A stretch of DNA of 64,000 nt, from assembly GCA_965235115.1 (NCBI GenBank), contig OZ249436.1:54190001-54254000 (forward strand). The letters run 5' to 3'. Position numbers and translations under genes: made by a program. Positions 57,801-64,000 of this stretch are shown piece by piece. The notes under the pieces are model-generated. The model had not been told where the DNA came from, did not search any database, and saw only the letters and a program-made list of their open reading frames with translations. The stretch's first letter is position 1, and each line of letters starts with the position of its first letter. Source of the stretch: Laetmonice hystrix (taxonomy: Eukaryota).

Positions 57801-60800
57801 CATCAGGAGTTGGCTATGTAACCCGTCGAACCACAATGGTTACAGAAACCTCAGAAAGTCGGGACATCACTGACTTTAGTGATAACCTTGAGGTGCCTGC
57901 AAGGTCTCTCAGCCAGAGGTCCTGTTGGAGTCGTGTCCAGTCCATATTTGGTCAGGCTTGGCGAGCATTCATCAAAGCTGTCAGGTTTCTGCTCTGGCTC
58001 CCTGTCGTTCTTGTTGTCGGTACGTCTGGTCAGATTCTCTAAGATTCATCAAATTATGTGGAAAAGGAAATTACTGAATAAGTTGTAAATTGTTAGGAGC
58101 ATGAAGTCAGTTATGTGTTGATATTCTCAGGTGCAGTGAAGCTTTCCTCTGAGGCTCTAAGTTGGCTTGTAACCACCGACAAACAACGGCCTGGTATGTT
58201 GACCAGACACAACTACATACTGATGTTGCTTTTCTTTAAGTATGCTTGTATCAAAGAATAGAACCGACAGGTCTTAAACTCTTAACCCTTTCCAGACGGA
58301 CCGGCCAAATTTGGCCGGTGAATTTGCATTAGAATTGGTATAAAATAGAAAACAAAACAGTCTGGAAAGGGTTAATAGTCGGATTCGAGAAAATCCGGAG
58401 TTGGCCAGCAGTTCTGTACTCTGCAGTCTGCTATTTACTCTGGTGAAATTGTATGAGTGTATTCAGAATTCAGTGTATTATTCTCCTTGTGAAGTCAAGC
58501 CTTGCCATATTATATTTGAAAATATTTGTCCCACTTATGTCTAACACAGGGACTCCCAAAAACATTGCAGAAGTCAAGTATCATTCAGGAAAGACGACTC
58601 ACCAAACTACCACCTACATCACGGAAACAACGACCACGACAGAAAAATCTGACTTGGTTTCTAACCGAGCTGGGTTTATGTCAAGGGTTTGGTATCTGTG
58701 GATATCGTGTACGACTGCTGTTAGCTCTGTTGTATTACTGCCAGTGGCAGCTATAACTGGTATGTCCCATCATCACTACTTTCATGCTTTGTTTGACTGA
58801 TAAAACTGAAGTGGTGTTGTGAACCCTGTAGATTTATCGATGTACTTTGGTGCGAAGTGTGATGTTTTTCCCCATCCTGGTGTACAATTCCAGTATGAAG
58901 TGTGAAATTAAGAAATTATTATTTTCCTTCACTTTCCTAGGTGAGGAGATGTTGTGGCCGCTGTGTTCAGTCTGTTTGATTCGATTCATGAAACTCTAAC
59001 ACATTATGGTAAGGTCGTAGTTGTGATGTTGTGGTTTCTAGGAGCAGGTACCAGGTTATCGAGGACTTTAAGCTGGACAATGGGTGGCAAGAGTCACGGT
59101 ATGTTGTAACTATGTCTATGCAATCAGCTTCATAGAGATCTAATTGTAGAATGGAACTAACAATGTTGAAAACTGATACACCTTTCAGATATTCCCGTAC
59201 AGATTTCCGTGTGGATACTGGGGTAATCCCAAAGACGGAATCTGAGCTTGCACCTGTTACATCGTTGCCAACATTTGATCCACTGTTTTGAATCCTGAGA
59301 TTTGTACAAATCTCTAACAAAGCATTCAAGGGTGCACGTCAGCCCTGGTTGTGTGTTAATAACTCGTCTATAAACCAACAAATAGAAATATGCCATCTCT
59401 ATCCAGTAAACTGCATAGGGTTAGAGAATGGTAGTACATGTACCCTATCTGATTAATGTGATATTATCATAACCTCTTGTATTTTTAGATTAATTTAATT
59501 TGTAAAGCAAGTAAGTTTCCTAATGCTTGAGAAGGTTGGGGCATGGTGCCACAATAGTTTCTTCATAACTTATTAAATTACAACACATTGAAGTGTCCTT
59601 TCTCTCAGAACACGTCTTGGATACTCAGCGAGTACTTCTGATGAGTAGAGGACGAGCATAAGTCGTGAATGTGTCAACAAGCAAACGAAATGAGCAATGT
59701 GCTTATGATCTGCCCTGTGATCTGTTGTCAGGACTGACTGCACAATCCTCATCAGTAGAATCCAAGTCCTCGTCAGTGCGAGTCCTGAGCTCAGCTGTTG
59801 CAACCATTGCAGACATTCTCTGGCTCCCAATTACTCTACTTGATGGTAGGAGCCCAGTCTGTACAAGTATATTTGTGCCAAATGCCTGGTCACATAAAAT
59901 ATCTATGTCAAAGTTGAAAGAAAATTCAGGCCCTAGTTTTTGTTGGGTTAGATTTTCTACTCAAGTACTGATAGTAGTAATGTTCTCTGCAAGTTGTGAC
60001 TGTGTAGAGTTGTTACCAGTTTTGGGAGAAGAGCTAAGAATTGACCGGTCTGGTTGACCCTTGACCCCCACAGGTGTCTGTCGAGGATTGTGGACTGTGG
60101 TCACAACTATCTGCAGTTGGCTCCTGGCCTCCACTATAGGTATGTTTGTGGCGCCATCTAGGCATGGTAGTTTGAAACCTCCCCCCGACTTCTTCAACTG
60201 TTTCTGGGCCTGGTTTTTAAATCAAAATCCGGTCTTAAGATTAAGACTGAAAATTTGTGTTAATGCATCGGATTGGCTGGACAGCTGGAAGAACCAATCA
60301 AAAAGATTGAGACAGACAGAAGTTTCAGTCTTATGTCTGAAATTCTGATTTAAAAACTGGGCCCTGGTCCCTGGTTGCCATGTCTGGTTGAATAAGGATT
60401 CGAATGGTTTGGGACTCTAAGCATGATGTCATGAATCTGGATAGTCTAGAGCATAATCCCAAATGATGCGACTAACATCTCATTTCTCATCTAGTGGTCC
60501 ATGGGGTAGCAGGGACAATATTTATCAACTGATCAGCAGATAGCTACCTTTTGCTGCAAATCCACCTTTTGCTTCCAGCCCGTGGTTTGCAGCTCGCTAT
60601 GCTCAGCTTCCTAGTGGAACTGGGTCTTCTAGCTGTGTGAAGTTTCCTCGGTTCCCACCATCAACCTGCATTCTTCCTTGAGATCTATCTAGCAGTTTTC
60701 CAGAGACACCTATGCCACAAGCCCACTGATGCTGTCTAGAATTAACATTCCCACTTTCTAGGATTAATTCAGTGCCTGTCAGTTTACTCAACGCTGCCTG

Positions 60801-63722
60801 TTCTGGTCTTGACGCCTAGGGTGGTGGTTGCTGTTGGCCAGCATGCAGTCGTAAGGTTGTCAAGTAGAACCTTTACCAAGGAACCCAAGCCTTCCTACAC
60901 CATCGCCTCCACCCAGTGTACCAAGGCTTCCTCGGGTGCATGATCTGAACGCGGCTTCCTTAGACTGGTAGCGCCAGGGAGTGCATGACTAAAAATTGCT
61001 CATTATTTTAACTCATTGCTTGATGTGTCGTTTTTCAGGTCAGTCCCTATCAGGATTGATGTCGGGCGGTGGACAGAGACTGTACCGAACAGTGACGACG
61101 TTCATCATGACAGACCTCTGGGTCCTTACAAGGTAGGTTGTGCCAAGAAAGGTCATCCTTTCATTTTACCTGCACTCTTTTAGTTGTATGGAGTTACGGG
61201 TAAACTCACTGTACAAATGGCTCACAATTTTATCATCACCAATATGTTTGCTATAGCCATGGCCTGTAAATGGTTATAAAAATGCTAGTTGGATAACAAA
61301 TTTATGTCGGTTATTTCTGTAGGTTATTTCTGCACCAAAATTAGAGAGTCCTAAACTGCTGTAGAGAGAATGTGTTATTTAGATTGACTGAGAACTGATT
61401 CAGAATGTAAATCTCACCCAGGACAAGTGAAGTCCGCCGACGATACGGCTGCTGCTGCTTGCTGCCTCTGCTGCTGCTGCTGCCTCTACTGCTCACAGGT
61501 TGGTTGGCGTTATCTTACTCTTGTACATACATGTGTACAGTCCAAGTATTGGACACAGTTGTTCATATCATAGAACTGACTCAAACGTCATTCAGATTTA
61601 CTAAGTTTTAAGTCTCAGGCATTTGAAGTACAAAATGTAGAAATGAAAAGTATCCTATTATTTAAAAATTGTCCAGGGATTTGATTTCGTTGTGTGGAAA
61701 GTTCTTACTCTGAAAGATGCCTGAAGAAGTTTTTGTTGTATGTCCTTTCAGGTGGATACTATGTGTATGACCGGGGACTGCATGGTGGAGTGGTAGTTGT
61801 TCCAGTAGAATCATCGTCACAAAATGTGGTAAGTCAAGGCTGTCTGTAGTCATCAGAGAGTTGCCATTTTTGGAGGTTTTAATTGATTTCTTAACATCAG
61901 ATATAATTTAAATAATTAGTTTGAGATTTGTAGTGTGAAGTACAAGTATTGTTTTACATGCTCTGTACTTGTACCTTTCCATGATACCATTCAGGCTGGG
62001 ATAGCTCTGAGTGATGCTGACTTGACTGAACGAATACGAATCATACTGATGGGAATGTTGAGAGATCGAGAACAACAACAGGCAGCCGCTATCAAACACG
62101 ACTGGCACATCTGGGCTGAGAAATATTCTGCGGCCCAGGGAGCTATGCTGGCTAGCCAGCGCTCCAACATGGAGAAGTTGGTGATGACCCTCATCCAACA
62201 AGAGGTGGGCTCACTGGCCACAGGACTACAGGGTCAGAACAAAGAGGATATCGCCAAGCAGGTTAGTCACTTACTTCATCAGGCACTTTTTTCTGCATGG
62301 TTTTCTGCGGTTGTCTGCTAGTAGCTACTACTGAAATGCCCAAAGTATGCTTACGTCATCTGTTGCACCTGCTCAAATTGTGAGGTGAATCTATTTTGAG
62401 TCCTACACATATAATTCTCTCCTCCCCATTTTGTAAGAGTCGCTCTGGTTTTATCACACCTAATATCATTGAAAATAGTGAAAATAATTTGAAGGTGATG
62501 ATCACATCGATTAAGTACTCCTCAATTAACAAAATACATGATCTTCCCATTTCCCATTTGCTTGATTTACCATTACCTAAACTGCAGATCGCATTGGCCA
62601 CTGAACAAGGAGCCAAGATGGCAGGGCTACAGACAAAACTTGCTGCTGTGGTGGCCAAGTCAGATGAAATAGTCGCTCAGTTGGCAGCAGCGAGAGTACA
62701 GATGGACTCGTGAGTACTAATTGTAGTAAAGTCTCTAGTGAGAAGAATGTGTTTGTAGTGCATTCATAAAAATAATTAATCACATCTTGGTCTGGGTTCC
62801 CAGGGGGTCAGGATATCACAAATTTTTAATAAAAAAAAAGTCCTGATATTCTGATGAAAATCTTGAAATCCCCCATCTATGGTATCTACATAAACAAGAA
62901 ACGAGGGTAAGAATTTGTGACTGGTTAACACCAAGCGTTCAAGATTATGGGCCAACAGTGTACCATAACATTTTTCAGGGGTGACCAATCAGTGCGCGAG
63001 GCCAGCGTGTTAGCCGTGGCAGGGCTAGAGTCCCAGCTGAAGACTCTCACCTCTGACCTGCATAACTTACGGGCTGCACAGGATGCTCTGGCTCTGGCCA
63101 TGAAGGAATGCTGTAAAAACGACACGGCACTAGCCCTACTCATCAGGGCTGGCGTGGAGGACCACCTGGCTGTAAGTACCTCCACCCTACTCCAGTCCTA
63201 ATACCCTCCTCTCCCACCAAGGTCTAAGCACCCCATCTGAAAAAAATGAAGGGTTTAAAAAAGTATGATCATAATATTGCCTGTATGTACAGTAAGAAAT
63301 GTACTCGCTTCTCTAAGTTTTTCTGTGTTGTGTGATTATTATACCAAGTATTAAGGACAGAACAGTTAGGGGAGGTGTTTCCATTGCCATAGCATGTTCT
63401 CATACGTTGCCACTGGCACTGTGTCCTTGACCAGGTCATGATGGGTGGTGGAGGTGCTGGGATGAAGACAGGAGGCAGCAGTTCAGCCTTTGCAGCGTGG
63501 CTCAACAGCCAGTTCATCGGCCGCGATGACATGGACTCGAGACTTGCAGCCCTTGTAGCGAGGCTCAATGAAGACATGAAGTCGTCATCATCAAAGGCGG
63601 CTGAGGCAGCAGCAGCAGCTGCAGGACTGGCTGCCGCTGCCAAGTTTGAGTCTGAGAAATCAGAGCGGGACAGTTCAGTATACCTTGGGGCAGCAGGAGC
63701 AGCAGGGGGTCTGTCGGAGAAG
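36826..63722 (+). CDS. SUN-domain inner nuclear membrane protein (SUN1/SUN2/UNC-84-like), 3' incomplete; the SUN domain is expected beyond the window
   Basis: Phase-consistent exons: 36826-36905, 43922-43996, 48441-48473, 51655-51821, 52320-52631, 53105-53263, 55563-55628, 56007-56222, 56509-56589, 56899-57132, 57377-57445, 57771-58019, 58131-58193, 58550-58759, 59042-59098, 59732-59845, 60074-60139, 61039-61132, 61422-61498, 61752-61828, 61995-62261, 62588-62709, 62979-63171, 63435-63722. TDYTYSRS...SPNMSRSSLR resembles the SUN1 N-terminus (GYTY...SPRMSRRSLR). LYGLD resembles SUN1/2 WGLD. LYRTVTTFIMTDLWVLTR precedes a TM segment (CCCLLPLLLLLPLLLTGGYYV), followed by coiled-coil-like sequence ending GGLSEK. 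Confidence 0.82.
37620..37752. mobile_element. PIF/Harbinger-like MITE
   Basis: TIR GGGGGTGTTTCACTAAG; TSD CAG. Related ends at about 21965-22140. Confidence 0.8.
39144..41725 (+). mobile_element. Full-length pogo/Tigger DNA transposon (2582 bp) in SUN intron 1
   Basis: TA TSD at 39142-43 and 41726-27. TIRs CAGTGGTCCCCCTC (14 bp perfect, extending imperfectly to GACCACCCC). Repeated subterminal GCGACCAC motifs. Internal transposase ORF. Confidence 0.95.
39720..41279 (+). CDS. Tigger/pogo (CENP-B-like) transposase, 519 aa, intact
   Basis: N-terminal HTH (KRKYLSLDAKVKVI), CENP-B HTH (FTASNGWLYRFQTRH), catalytic IFNADETG, LVLDNCGAH and LQPMDAGVI (29 residues between the last two Asp), C-terminal QTRLESFF. 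Confidence 0.95.
   Translation: MAPSNPSKKRKYLSLDAKVKVIRLNEKGESARRIATELDVGKTQIGNILKMKDSILTQWEAGTNAERKVLHARRVLYSDLNDKVYEWFCAVRAKNTPLTGKMLQEKAILLSVVMGYDDFTASNGWLYRFQTRHNIKSSVLSGEAADVSQATVEEWAERVKDLCQGYEPKNIFNADETGLFYRTLPTRSLVQKGDKCKGGKLAKERITVLLCASATGEKIKPFVIGKSQNPRSFKGYHKTGLGVMYEANKKAWMTGTLFVKWLKKLNHQMKMQSRKILLVLDNCGAHPHMELSNVKLLFLPPNTTARLQPMDAGVIQSFKLQYRKKLLRHILHLIEESASATDVAKSVTILDAVMWARSSWDLVAAETIQKCFKKCGFYECHQSVTDEDGLQWDDEDLQPLLPPGIRLQDFVNCDNDVQTGCDNDDDLQQAVPSTCTCLDETEDSVSTDEDSEEMVAETSQPTPKKAWQNTVQMLDFALKQQNTQMLDCVYKMQDLLKEESRKAVNEMKQTRLESFFIEN
42308..42566. mobile_element. MITE with CACTG-type ends (superfamily uncertain)
   Basis: About 35-bp TIR ACTGCCGTG.AATGACAAAAGGAAGCAAGTCCAA. Confidence 0.8.
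45346..45796. mobile_element. Non-autonomous hAT-like element, 6-bp TSD
   Basis: TIR CAGGCCTCGAATTACA; subterminal GGGCACCACGGC / TGCCGTCG repeats; TSD ATAATC at 45340-45 and 45797-802. Confidence 0.88.
47308..47428. repeat. 20-bp tandem repeat, 6 copies
   Basis: Unit GACAGTCAGGTCTTAGTAAC. Confidence 0.95.
49423..50472. repeat. 28-bp minisatellite, about 36 copies
   Basis: Unit AGCCAGTAGACCCTCCCTGTGACTGATC with recurrent 33-bp variants (extra 5 bp, ...GCCAGGCCAG...). Confidence 0.95.
50960..51337. repeat. 39-bp minisatellite, about 9-10 copies
   Basis: Unit TGATCAGCTGATTGA(A/G)GGTTGGGATGAGTGCTAGCCCAT. Confidence 0.95.
53821..55233. mobile_element. 1.4-kb non-autonomous hAT-like element, 6-bp TSD, in SUN intron
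   Basis: TIR CAGGGATGAAAGT; subterminal TCAGGAAATTT; TSD AAGTAC at 53815-20 and 55234-39. Confidence 0.88.
58286..58371. mobile_element. 86-bp piggyBac-like MITE
   Basis: TTAA|CCCTTTCCAGAC ... GTCTGGAAAGGG|TTAA. Confidence 0.88.
60207..60363. mobile_element. PIF/Harbinger-like MITE (related decayed copy at about 3343-3507)
   Basis: TIR GGCC(TG/CA)GTTTTTAAATCA; TSD CTG. Confidence 0.75.
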
Positions 63723-64000
63723 GTGAGCACGCATCATTGATGTATTATATTAGAGTAGGGAACGTTTTTAAAGTTTAGCTGTCATTTCACTCTATATTGA
63801 AAGTCCTAAATTGCAATAGCCATGGTAGAAAGGTATTTAAAATCAATTTCATTGTCTTTTTTTCTTTCTGATAATTGTACAGAAATTATCGGTACCGGTA
63901 TATGGCATTTGTCTTGGAAAATTTATCACACTGGTACATTCTGAATACATTATGTACAAATGTTAAGAGTGCACCTACTTCAGAGTCACCCAAGATTATC

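Noticed and set aside
59189..59700. Additional SUN repeat exons after acceptors at 59188, 59202 and 59608
   Set aside because: In-frame stops occur in the expected phase-1 reading and the translations do not fit the repeat consensus.
63269..63730. 153-aa Ala-rich minus-strand ORF
   Set aside because: Antisense shadow of the SUN exon 63435-63722.

Overview
Eukaryotic, intron-rich and transposon-dense genomic DNA, most likely from a spiralian invertebrate such as a mollusc or annelid (inferred from repeat style only). Three protein-coding genes can be rebuilt exon by exon. (1) Mitochondrial NADPH:adrenodoxin oxidoreductase FDXR: minus strand, 12 coding exons, 496 aa, one probable GC-AG intron. 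(2) Rho GDP-dissociation inhibitor: plus strand, 4 coding exons, 200 aa, divergent from FDXR. (3) A SUN1/UNC-84-like inner nuclear membrane protein: plus strand from 36826, running off the right edge before the SUN domain itself. Its nucleoplasmic part contains a six-fold array of paired, frame-symmetric (phase 1-1) exons encoding Thr-rich linkers plus hydrophobic/amphipathic segments, which is the most unusual feature of the window. Intron 1 of the SUN gene holds a complete pogo/Tigger transposon with an intact 519-aa DD29D transposase. The rest is non-autonomous DNA elements (six with exact 6-bp TSDs, two with 5-bp TSDs, Harbinger-, Kolobok- and piggyBac-like MITEs, two 23-24 bp P-like micro-elements with 7-bp TSDs), a decayed Tx1/L1-type LINE, SINE pieces and minisatellites. 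All gene models come from manual translation and splice-site reading. No database searches were run.
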